Assembly: GCA_021513695.1 (NCBI GenBank)
Contig: CP084166.1
Coordinates: 544,001-608,000 of the forward strand
DNA length: 64,000 nt
Source of the DNA: Candidatus Heimdallarchaeum aukensis
Lineage (GTDB): Archaea; Asgardarchaeota; Heimdallarchaeia; Heimdallarchaeales; Heimdallarchaeaceae
Reading direction: 5' to 3'
In this document: piece after piece, positions 1 through 8,617 of the stretch
Layout: each line of letters opens with the position of its first letter
How positions within the stretch are numbered: position 1 is the first letter of the stretch
Notes under the pieces: model-generated
What the model was told of the DNA's origin: nothing
The model's input: the letters and a program-made list of their open reading frames with translations, nothing else
The model's database searches: none
Program-made: the position numbers and the translations under genes

Positions 1-1
1 T

Positions 2-706
2 CAACAAGATGCAGATCTTACTCAATCAAAACATTATGTTGCAAATGTAATCACGATATGTAAAGAGCAAAACTTACCTATTTTGGCTAACATTCTACTT
101 CTACAAGGTCAAATTCTAATGGTTTTAGAGGAGTATATTGATGCAAAGCATATTTTAGAACAAGCAGTGATTGAAGCAGAAAAAGTTGAACTTGACTGGA
201 CAAAAGAAAAAGCTGAACAGTATCTAGAACTATTGTACTCTAATGAACGAATTAAAAACCAAATTCTGATAAATGAAATAACTGAACTAATTGATAATAT
301 TGCCAAGTTTTCTTTCCAGAAAAATATTGAGTATTTACCTCATTTTTACTTCTTAATGCTTATGTATAAAGGAAATGAATTAATTACTAAAAGTTTTGAC
401 AAAGAATTTGAAGAGAAAAGTCACTTAGTTAAAGATTTGGTTCATGCAGTAGCTAGCTTCGATGAATATGAGGGTATAAGAAGCATAAATTTTGAAGGAA
501 TAACGTTAATAATAGAAAAAGTAAGAAATATTACAGCAATACTTGCTAGTGATTCAGATAGTTTTAATGCTAGAATAAAAATAATTGAAATATTAAAAAA
601 CTTGCAAAAATACCTCCAATCAATTGTAACAGAAGAAGATGAGATATTCATTACTATATTAAAAGATAAAGCACTGAGAATAATAGAAAAAACTTTTGAA
701 ACCTAA
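2..706 (+). CDS. Hypothetical protein, 5'-partial. The reading frame is open from the window start and the annotated ATG at 83 is internal.
   Basis: Frame 2 translates without stops from position 2 (QQDADLTQSKHYV...). No recognisable domain. Confidence 0.45.
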   Translation, partial: QQDADLTQSKHYVANVITICKEQNLPILANILLLQGQILMVLEEYIDAKHILEQAVIEAEKVELDWTKEKAEQYLELLYSNERIKNQILINEITELIDNIAKFSFQKNIEYLPHFYFLMLMYKGNELITKSFDKEFEEKSHLVKDLVHAVASFDEYEGIRSINFEGITLIIEKVRNITAILASDSDSFNARIKIIEILKNLQKYLQSIVTEEDEIFITILKDKALRIIEKTFET

Positions 707-725
707 AAAAAGAAAGAAAAAGAAT

Positions 726-1670
726 CTATAATTTAGGTAAGATCTCTTTTGAGAAAAGTTTCATTTGTTCAATTTCTTGGTTTCCTGGAAACATAAAAAT
801 AAAATGACTAACACCTAATTTTTTGTAATCTTTGATTTTTGTAGTTATTTCTTCAATTGTTCCGTGCATTGCTCCTTCATATCTCTTCTCAAGTTCTTCT
901 AAAGTAAATCCTCTTTTTTCAGCTATTTCTCTCCAAGCTTTAATCTTTTCTTCTTCGCTTTCATAAATCCTGGTCCAGATACCATAACTTCTTAGTAGAG
1001 AATCTGGTTTTCTATCATTTTTTTCACAAAGTTCATCTAACAAATTCATTTTCTCTTCAAAAACTTCAAGAGGATAAGCCCAAGCTAAATTTATTCCATC
1101 AGCATATTTAGAAGCAAGTGTAAGCATCTTGATTTTGGCATACATTGTACCTACCCAAATTTTCATTGGATTTTGAACAGGTTTGGGAAAAGAAATAGCA
1201 TCTTTTAACTGATAATACTTACCTTCAAAAGTAGCCTTGTCTTCAGCCCATAACTTTCTAATTACTTGAATCGCTTCTTCAAGCATTCCTAATCTATCTT
1301 TTACACTGGGAAAAGGAATACCATAGGCTGAATACTCTAACTCTTTCCACCCTGCACCATATCCGAAGTCTATTCTACCATTAGAATAATTATCTAATGA
1401 AGCAATTTGTTTAGCAAGAACTGAAGGATAACGATAATTGTTACACAATACTAATGAACCAATTCTTAACTTTGTTGTATATGAAACTGCAGCCATCATT
1501 GCAACTATACACTCTTGACTTTCCAGATTTGTTGCATCTGCATTTAACATAAAATGATCAGAAAACCAAGCGTGAGTGAAACCCAATTTTTCTGCATTTT
1601 GTACTATATATTTTATTTGATCAAAAGAATAGCCAAATTGTGGTTCAATTTGTATTCCATAGTATGACAT
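726..1670 (-). CDS. LLM-class (luciferase-like) flavin/F420-dependent oxidoreductase
   Basis: 314 aa. The N-terminal MSYYGIQIEP...AEKLGFTHAWFSDHF and the TIM-barrel LLM pattern are typical of F420-dependent reductases. Confidence 0.7.
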   Translation of the reverse strand: MSYYGIQIEPQFGYSFDQIKYIVQNAEKLGFTHAWFSDHFMLNADATNLESQECIVAMMAAVSYTTKLRIGSLVLCNNYRYPSVLAKQIASLDNYSNGRIDFGYGAGWKELEYSAYGIPFPSVKDRLGMLEEAIQVIRKLWAEDKATFEGKYYQLKDAISFPKPVQNPMKIWVGTMYAKIKMLTLASKYADGINLAWAYPLEVFEEKMNLLDELCEKNDRKPDSLLRSYGIWTRIYESEEEKIKAWREIAEKRGFTLEELEKRYEGAMHGTIEEITTKIKDYKKLGVSHFIFMFPGNQEIEQMKLFSKEILPKL

Positions 1671-1729
1671 AACTGTATTTGTTTTTTTAATTAAATAAAG
1701 GTTATTGTTCCCAAATTTTCAATTTTGGC

Positions 1730-2242
1730 TTGATTCAATTTTGTATAGGAACAATATTGATAGAACAGTTTATCTTTTCTTCAAATAATAAGGAAGCATT
1801 AAAATATAAGTTCAGAAAAAAAGTAATTATGCAAGAGTCTGCACTTTTTCGATATTTTGACCAATTTGAAAGAACGGACTTGCTATTCATCAATTTCGCA
1901 TTTCTGATTATAATTATCCCAGGACTAATTTTCGGATTGTTAAGTAAAATCATTTGGATGTTTTATGTAGCTTTAGTTGTACTTTTTTTCTTTGTTTGTT
2001 GGAATTGTCTTTACTTCTACATAAAATTCAAACTAAACAAACAAGAAAAAGAACTGCTTAAGACTATTCCAAGTTTTCCTCAACTCGACTTCTGTGATTA
2101 TTGTGGTAAATCATTAGAAAATTCAGCTCCTGCAGTGATTGATAATAATCTAATCATTATTTGCCCTCATTGTGGAAAAGAAAATATTGTTAAATCAGAG
2201 GAAGAAATTGAACAAATAAACAATGAACAAGCAGATTCATAA
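1730..2242 (+). CDS. Small membrane protein with a C-terminal zinc-ribbon (CDYCG...CPHCG). The start codon is uncertain (an alternative ATG lies at 1832).
   Basis: Two hydrophobic helices followed by a CxxC...CxxC motif. Confidence 0.4.
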   Translation: MIQFCIGTILIEQFIFSSNNKEALKYKFRKKVIMQESALFRYFDQFERTDLLFINFAFLIIIIPGLIFGLLSKIIWMFYVALVVLFFFVCWNCLYFYIKFKLNKQEKELLKTIPSFPQLDFCDYCGKSLENSAPAVIDNNLIIICPHCGKENIVKSEEEIEQINNEQADS

Positions 2243-2259
2243 TTTAAGGAGATAAAAAA

Positions 2260-3960
2260 ATGAAAAAAAAAGCGAAAATACTTTTTTTACTAATTGTTTT
2301 CTCAAACTTAGTTTTTGTTTTGGTAACAAATACAAAAAACATTAATGCATTAAAAGAGCCTATTACTAGTGATTCTAATGAATTTCGAGCGTATAGTTTT
2401 GCTGTTCCTTACATGTACACTGATGTTACGATAAAGAAAGATGGCTCGATAGATATTTCTTATACCATTAACTTTACAAATTTTATTTTTGGAAATACTA
2501 TTGACATTATAGATATTGGTTTTCCTAATAAACATTACAATCTTAAAAGTGTTCAAGCTTGGATAGATGGTTATGAGATTACTGATATAAGGGAGAGTGA
2601 ATACATTAGTATAGGAGTAGAGATACATTTAGGTAGTCATTCTATTTTACCTGGTGAGAGCGCTGTATTGGTAGTTAAAGGGAATAATCCTAAAATGGTT
2701 TTTAAAGACGATACCAAAAAAAATTTTGCTAGTTGTGTTTTCAGGCAAACTTGGTTTAGTTCACAATTTGCTTTTGGAGAAACTGAAAGAAGAGTGAGAT
2801 TTTATTTTCCTGAAGATTTAACTGATATGAATGAAGTAGAAAAAAGAGTTTCGGACACTAGTGTAAATTTCACTAGGGAAGCAGATTACGTCGAGTTTAG
2901 CAAAACCAGTACTCCCTATGATAATGATTTTTATGTGGGTGTAGGAATACCTTCTAACTATGTTGATAAAATGTATAGGGAGTTTTGGGTTTATAGATTT
3001 GATGAACTTGTTGCTCAAGCATTGTTTTTCCTTTTCTTCTTTGGATTCTTTGGGATATTTTTCTATGTTTTTTGTATTTATCCCCTAAAAGAAAGAAAAA
3101 GATATCTCCCTCCAACTATAAAGTCGACAGGAGGAGCTGTAAGAATGGGTTTGAAACCTTCCGAAGCAGCTATTATCTTAGAAAAACCTCTTACTCTTGT
3201 AGCTTCTTTAGTTATTTACGAAATGATGTCAGAAGGATTGATTACTGTTAAACAAAAAGAACCCTTAAGATTTAAAGTTGAGATATCTACTAAAGAGAAA
3301 TCCAAATTACCTACTTACCAGAAGCATATTATTAATGGAATTAAGAAAAGAGAAAAATCAGACTTAAAATGGGAAAAGGGAAGTGTTTCTGGTGCTCGAC
3401 CACACGATCCTTTTGACCAAGATTACATAAGAAAAGCGCTTTTATCCTTAATTAGAGAAACAACTATGAAAATGAAAGGGTATAACCTGAAGAAAACAAA
3501 GAAGTACTATAATGAATTAATAGAAAGAGCTTGGCAAGACATGAAAAAAGAAAGACCAGAACTAGAAAATGCTTTCCTATGGATAATGATAGATGAAGAT
3601 TATGACGACAGAATGAAAGATCATTATCATGACTATTATTACCCTTCATGGTATGTTTATCATTATCATACCCATTATTATGGTAGAAATAGAGGAAGAG
3701 GAAGAGATAGGATAACTGGTAGAGAATTAAGAAAATCTGGTTTTAGAAGAACAAAGATAACAGATAGGGGACAGATAATCCCTGGAACAGATTTCAAGCG
3801 AATACAAAAAAATATTGTTAGAAGCCCAAGAAAATTACTTTCGTCAGTAAAATCAAAGACCAGACCTGTTTCTAGCAGCTCGGGAAGAAGTGGAGGGGGA
3901 GGAGGAGGTTGTGCTTGTGCTTGTGCTTGCGCTTGCGCTTGTGCCGGAGGAGGACGATAA
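2260..3960 (+). CDS. DUF2207-like membrane protein with a (Cys-Ala)6 C-terminal tail. It has a signal anchor, an extracellular domain, a polytopic TM block, a cytoplasmic domain, a His/Tyr-rich stretch, and a Gly-rich tail ending GGGGGGCACACACACACAGGGR.
   Basis: GGAG Shine-Dalgarno sequence 8 nt upstream. The architecture and Gly-rich C-terminus resemble DUF2207/YciQ-like proteins. Its stop codon lies 1 nt before the start of the next gene. Confidence 0.6.
   Translation: MKKKAKILFLLIVFSNLVFVLVTNTKNINALKEPITSDSNEFRAYSFAVPYMYTDVTIKKDGSIDISYTINFTNFIFGNTIDIIDIGFPNKHYNLKSVQAWIDGYEITDIRESEYISIGVEIHLGSHSILPGESAVLVVKGNNPKMVFKDDTKKNFASCVFRQTWFSSQFAFGETERRVRFYFPEDLTDMNEVEKRVSDTSVNFTREADYVEFSKTSTPYDNDFYVGVGIPSNYVDKMYREFWVYRFDELVAQALFFLFFFGFFGIFFYVFCIYPLKERKRYLPPTIKSTGGAVRMGLKPSEAAIILEKPLTLVASLVIYEMMSEGLITVKQKEPLRFKVEISTKEKSKLPTYQKHIINGIKKREKSDLKWEKGSVSGARPHDPFDQDYIRKALLSLIRETTMKMKGYNLKKTKKYYNELIERAWQDMKKERPELENAFLWIMIDEDYDDRMKDHYHDYYYPSWYVYHYHTHYYGRNRGRGRDRITGRELRKSGFRRTKITDRGQIIPGTDFKRIQKNIVRSPRKLLSSVKSKTRPVSSSSGRSGGGGGGCACACACACACAGGGR
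3901..3936 (+). repeat. Imperfect hexanucleotide microsatellite (TGYGCY)x6 inside the CDS, encoding (Cys-Ala)6
   Basis: The sequence reads tgtgct tgtgct tgtgct tgcgct tgcgct tgtgcc. It is preceded by a G-run (ggggga gga gga ggt). Confidence 0.8.
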
Positions 3961-3961
3961 A

Positions 3962-5284
3962 ATGCCAAAAGAAGAAAAAGAAGAACAGAAAAAGATGTTT
4001 CACCTAAGAAACGAAGAAACCTTTACTAGAATGCATTTAAGGAAAGAAAAGAAAGGACAAGGAATACTAATAGTTAACGCCAACAGAATCTTTCACCTAA
4101 ATAAAACAGCAACTCAATTCGTTGAATACATAATAGAAGGAAAAAAAGATGAAGAAATAATAAGAAAAATGGTTAACAAATACAATGTTCACGAATCACA
4201 AATAAGAACAGATCTAATGAATCTGAAGATCGCAATAGAAGATATAGTAAATAAACCAGATATTGACCCGGTACAAGAACTGTTTGACGAAGATATGGAA
4301 ATGGAGAGAATGATTTTTTCAGCTCCATTGAGAATGGACTTGGCTATAACTTACAAATGCAATAACAAATGTGTCAAATGCTACGTTGAAGAAAAAAGAG
4401 AAATAAAAGAATTAACAACAGAAGAATGGAAAAAAGTCTTAGATAAACTGTGGGATATAGGTATTCCCCACGTAACATTTACTGGAGGAGAACCCACAAC
4501 AAGAAAAGATTTAGTGAAACTAGTAGAATACGCAGAAGATATAGGCATAGTAACGGGACTAATAACCAACGGAAGAAACCTGAAAGACAAAAAGTTAGTA
4601 GAAGAACTAGTAGCAGCAGGAATAGATCATTTCCAAATAACAATAGAAAGCCATATACCAGAAGTACATGATAAATTAACAGGAGTAAAAGGATCGTGGG
4701 AAGAAACAGTAGAAGGAATAAAAAACGTTGTACCTACACCAGTGTTTATTATGACAAACACAACTCTAGTTCCAGAAAACATAAAAGAAATAGATAAAAC
4801 AATAGAATTTTTAGCTAAGTTGGGAATAGACCACTTCGCAGCAAACGGAATAATAAAAGCTGGAGGAGGAAAAGATGACTCACTAGACTTAACAGTAGAA
4901 GAACTAAACAAAACACTAGATACAATAATGAAGAAAGCTGAAGAAATGAAAATGAGATTTCTATGGTACTCACCAACAAGATATTGTGAATTTAACCCAG
5001 TAAAGAAAGGACTAGGAGTAAAACAATGTACAGCAGGAAATATAGCAATGGCAATAGAACCAGATGGACAAGTAATACCATGCCAAAGCTACTTTGAACC
5101 ACTAGGAAACATATTAACTACTCCATGGAAAAAAATATGGAACCATAAAACAACAAAAAGAATAAGAAAAAGAAAATACTTGCCCCAAGAATGCAAAGGC
5201 TGCCCAGAAAAAGAAATATGCGGAGGAGGATGCCCTCTAAATTATCAAGCGCCAATAACTGTTTGCAGAGACGCTCTTTCGTAA
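3962..5284 (+). CDS. Radical SAM/SPASM-domain peptide-modifying enzyme with an N-terminal PqqD-like RRE domain
   Basis: GGAGGA Shine-Dalgarno then ATG at 3962. The CNNKCVKC stretch matches CxxxCxxC. A C-terminal Cys-rich SPASM region is present (CTAGN...CQ...CKGCPEKEICGGGCP). The N-terminal ~80 aa (GILIVNANRIFHLNKTATQFVEYI...) fits a PqqD/RRE fold. The annotated ORF start at 3890 is an upstream in-frame extension overlapping the previous gene. Confidence 0.75.
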   Translation: MPKEEKEEQKKMFHLRNEETFTRMHLRKEKKGQGILIVNANRIFHLNKTATQFVEYIIEGKKDEEIIRKMVNKYNVHESQIRTDLMNLKIAIEDIVNKPDIDPVQELFDEDMEMERMIFSAPLRMDLAITYKCNNKCVKCYVEEKREIKELTTEEWKKVLDKLWDIGIPHVTFTGGEPTTRKDLVKLVEYAEDIGIVTGLITNGRNLKDKKLVEELVAAGIDHFQITIESHIPEVHDKLTGVKGSWEETVEGIKNVVPTPVFIMTNTTLVPENIKEIDKTIEFLAKLGIDHFAANGIIKAGGGKDDSLDLTVEELNKTLDTIMKKAEEMKMRFLWYSPTRYCEFNPVKKGLGVKQCTAGNIAMAIEPDGQVIPCQSYFEPLGNILTTPWKKIWNHKTTKRIRKRKYLPQECKGCPEKEICGGGCPLNYQAPITVCRDALS

Positions 5285-5348
5285 TCTTAACAATATCAAA
5301 AAAAATAAAAAAGTATTTTTTACCATTTTTAATAGGATAAGTAAAATT

Positions 5349-5640
5349 ACATCTTTTTTCCTTTTCCTGTTTTTTCCCATTCACTAAACTTATCTATTAG
5401 TTCGTCAATAGCATGTGTTATCTCTTCAGTGATTTTTTCAACAATAATTAATTTGTCATCTTCAATTCGAATAGACAAAATAGAACCGAGTTCAACCAAC
5501 CATAATTCAAGTTCATTAAGATCTTCAAAACCTAATTTTTCCTGTAAAGTAATTAAAGGTATTTTAGAATTATTAGATAGGACTTTGAATAATTTTTAGC
5601 TCTTTCTATTTCAATATCGCGAGAATCAAAATAGTTCATT
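5349..5640 (-). pseudogene. Orphan 3' cassette that is a near-identical copy of the last ~95 codons of gene B (8618-8900). It encodes ...IPLITLQEKLGFEDLNELELWLVELGSILSIRIEDDKLIIVEKITEEITHAIDELIDKFSEWEKTGKGKKM* and has no start codon, with an upstream in-frame stop and a 1-nt deletion.
   Basis: Direct nucleotide comparison of 5341-5640 against 8621-8900 shows about 90-95% identity. The homology begins at the stop codon of gene A (gaagaaaaaatgaactattttgattctcg compared with gaagaaaaaataaactattttgattctcg in gene B). Confidence 0.65.
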
Positions 5641-8335
5641 TTTTCTTCCCCTTTCCTTTACGTTCCCACTCACTGAACTGTTTGAGTAAATCATCAATAG
5701 CTGTAGTCATATCTTCAGAAACAAATTCGCCCTCAAATTGTAAGTCAAAGATTACTTCGTCTCTTTCGATTCTATTCGGTACATCCTTTGAATAGATGTA
5801 TAACCATAATTTCATAATCTCTATATCTTCAAAATCTAATAATGGAGAAAGCTTATTTAGACTTATTTTGTCGTAAACTAAACTAATTTTCTTAAGACGG
5901 TCAAGTATTTTATTATTAGTTTTTTTATCATTAATTATTTTTGTTAATTCAGACAATGTTCTATTATCTTCATCCAGTATATCTTTAACTATCGTTACTT
6001 TCTTTGTTGCAAAATCAAAAACTTCTGACCAATTATGTGCAAAAGATGGAAATAGTTTCTTAATTGTAGAAAAAGTATCACCTTTAAAAGAGATTATATA
6101 ATTTAAGAATGATAGCAATTTTTTATAACTAGCTATTATAGGCTTAAACTCTTGATCAGACCACTTTTCAATGAGTTTAGTTAACATTTCTTTTTTGAAA
6201 CTTTGTAAATTTGTAAAATTAATAAGATCAACTAAATAATTTATTTTACTGAGAACGGTATTATTTACGAAATAATCTAATTGATCATATGTTTTGTTTA
6301 ATTGTTCTCTTTCTATTTTTCTTAATTTTCTCTTATTTGAGCTGATAAAAAGGTAATCTTTAAGAAATAGTTTCAATTTTTCAAGATATTTTATAATCTC
6401 CTCAATTGAACTAATAAATAATAGTAAGGAAGAAGTGTTTATGAAAATCTTATCAAATTCTTCATTTAATTTAGTTTGCATATTTATTATCCCTGAGAAA
6501 TTTTCTCTTATCCTTAACCTTATTTTGTGTTCATAAACAAAAAAAAGAGGTAGGATAACAGATATAAGAAGTATAAGAGAAAAACATATTTTTTCAATTG
6601 GTTTAAGATAAATACTCTTTTTTAAAGGATTTTTACCATTTTCTATTTCCCAACCATCGAACAAACCGTCATCATCAGTATCAGAATCTAAAGGGTCAGT
6701 TCCAGCTAGATACTCTTCCAAATTAGTTAAACCATCTCCGTCCAGATCTTCTGATGAATCATATAACAAAGGGTTTAATGAATTACATAGTTCCCATCCA
6801 TCAGGTATGCCATCATCATCAGTATCGGGATCATTAGGGTCAGTTCCAGCTTGATATTCTTCTAAATTAGTTAAACTGTCTTTATCTTTGTCAACATAAG
6901 TGTCATTACTCAAAGGATTCAATAAAAATTCTACTTCCCAACTATCAGGTATGCCATCATCATCAGTATCAGAATCTAAAGGGTCAGTAGAATGCAAGGT
7001 CACTTCTTGAAAATCAGATAAGCCATCATCGTCAGTGTCTGAATCTAAAGGGTCAGTACTGTAAATAGTCACTTCTTGAAAATCAGAAAAGCCATCATCG
7101 TCAGTGTCTGAATCTAAAGGGTCAGTACTGTAAATAGTCACTTCATCTCCATCGTTCAAGCTATCATCGTCAGTGTCTGAATCTAAAGGGTCAGTACTGT
7201 AAATAGTCACTTCATCTCCATCGTTCAAGCTATCATCGTCAGTGTCAGAATCCAAAGGGTCAGTAGAATTCTGATACTCTTCTAAATTAGTTAATCCATC
7301 GCTATCTGGGTCTTCTGCAGAATCATCGATAGTAGTGTTTAAACCATTATTTTCTTCCCATTTGTCAAGCATATTATCTTGGTCTAAGTCTACATGCATG
7401 GGATAAGGATCAAAATTGTTAGCTGAACCATCTATAGGATATGGTCCTGTTCCACTCCAGTCATACCAATAGTTACCTGTTGTACCAGAATAAAATTTAT
7501 TGTATGTCCCATAATCACATGCTTGAGAAGAACCACCTAGATTATTTTTTATTAAGAAGTTTTTTACAAATATTTCATTTTTAGAGCTCTCATTTAGATA
7601 TATACCATAAGAATAACTATTTATTATAATATTGGAAGTAAAAGTATTTTTGTTAGAAACATCAAAGAGAATACCATAATTACTACTATTTACAACAGTA
7701 TTTGAAATAAAAGAATTGTTAGAACTACAAGAAAAAAATATGCCATCATAATAACTATTTGTTATAGTATTGGAAGTAAAAGTATTATTAAAACTAGAAT
7801 GAAGAGACATACCATAATTACTACATATCACAGAGTTGAAGGTAAAAGTATTATTGTTACTACAATAGAGGAAAATACCTACATTATAGCTATTTATAGT
7901 ATTATTAAATACAGTTATTGTTCCATCTGCAACAGAATAAATATAAATACCATAAAATGAACTTGAACCGCCCCCTTCAAGATAACAATCTCGAATAAGA
8001 ATATACTTTGTTGTCCCAGATATCTTTATACCATGAGATGTAGAGTCAGTTATACTATAGTTTTCAATGACATAAGGGTTATCTTTTGTCCCAGAACCAG
8101 GAAAAACAGTAAGATCATCATCAGACTCAATAAGAATAGGCGAATGAACTGTATAAACTTTTTTTACAGCTCTAGTTTCATTTGAATTTACACTAGACAT
8201 TGAATCTATTGTTATTTGATTAGATTGTAGAACCATATTTTCCTCTATTTGAGTCGAAAGGTAAACAAAGAAAACTGTAGTTGTTATTAATATTAGTACT
8301 AAACTTAATTGTATATAAGTTGCTATTCTTTTCAT
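5636..8335 (-). CDS. Receptor-like surface protein A (899 aa). It has a signal anchor, a parallel beta-helix (PbH1/NosD-like) domain, 8 or more thrombospondin-type-3-like Ca-binding repeats ([18 protein letters not shown]), a single TM helix, and a ~300-aa cytoplasmic coiled-coil domain with a conserved C-terminal module (...[19 protein letters not shown]).
   Basis: Sequence motifs as listed. The GNYWYDW cap motif is shared with other beta-helix paralogs in the window. Confidence 0.8.
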   Translation of the reverse strand: MKRIATYIQLSLVLILITTTVFFVYLSTQIEENMVLQSNQITIDSMSSVNSNETRAVKKVYTVHSPILIESDDDLTVFPGSGTKDNPYVIENYSITDSTSHGIKISGTTKYILIRDCYLEGGGSSSFYGIYIYSVADGTITVFNNTINSYNVGIFLYCSNNNTFTFNSVICSNYGMSLHSSFNNTFTSNTITNSYYDGIFFSCSSNNSFISNTVVNSSNYGILFDVSNKNTFTSNIIINSYSYGIYLNESSKNEIFVKNFLIKNNLGGSSQACDYGTYNKFYSGTTGNYWYDWSGTGPYPIDGSANNFDPYPMHVDLDQDNMLDKWEENNGLNTTIDDSAEDPDSDGLTNLEEYQNSTDPLDSDTDDDSLNDGDEVTIYSTDPLDSDTDDDSLNDGDEVTIYSTDPLDSDTDDDGFSDFQEVTIYSTDPLDSDTDDDGLSDFQEVTLHSTDPLDSDTDDDGIPDSWEVEFLLNPLSNDTYVDKDKDSLTNLEEYQAGTDPNDPDTDDDGIPDGWELCNSLNPLLYDSSEDLDGDGLTNLEEYLAGTDPLDSDTDDDGLFDGWEIENGKNPLKKSIYLKPIEKICFSLILLISVILPLFFVYEHKIRLRIRENFSGIINMQTKLNEEFDKIFINTSSLLLFISSIEEIIKYLEKLKLFLKDYLFISSNKRKLRKIEREQLNKTYDQLDYFVNNTVLSKINYLVDLINFTNLQSFKKEMLTKLIEKWSDQEFKPIIASYKKLLSFLNYIISFKGDTFSTIKKLFPSFAHNWSEVFDFATKKVTIVKDILDEDNRTLSELTKIINDKKTNNKILDRLKKISLVYDKISLNKLSPLLDFEDIEIMKLWLYIYSKDVPNRIERDEVIFDLQFEGEFVSEDMTTAIDDLLKQFSEWERKGKGKKK
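6957..7270 (-). repeat. Near-perfect tandem 63-bp repeats (about 5 copies) encoding the TSP3-like units [23 protein letters not shown] of gene A
   Basis: Repeated string atcatcgtcagtgtctgaatctaaagggtcagtactgtaaatagtcacttc... is seen directly. Confidence 0.8.
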
Positions 8336-8617
8336 TTTTCAACCCTAGATACTCTAACTCTAAAGTAAATGCTTATTGAACATTTTCAAGATTTTAAATT
8401 TGAGTCACTTAATATTAAACAAAATACTAATTAACTTTTTCTACTAAACTTTGATTAATGTATAATCTGCACACATTAGGATGAAAGAAACTAAACTGTT
8501 TTTAGAGAAAAAATTCAAAATAAATGAACCACATTCAGTTATAACTAAAAAAATTCAGTGATTTTAATTAATATGTATGCTTCACAAAAACAACATGAGA
8601 TTTTCAACATTCTTTTT

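Noticed and set aside
3678-3968. 96-aa - strand ORF with (Gln-Ala)n and poly-Pro
   Set aside because: It is antisense to the (Cys-Ala)6/Gly-run of the DUF2207-like gene, so it is an artefact of the repeat.
5118-5384. 88-aa - strand ORF downstream of the radical-SAM gene
   Set aside because: It is an out-of-frame reading of the orphan C-terminal cassette region. The real homology is in a different frame.
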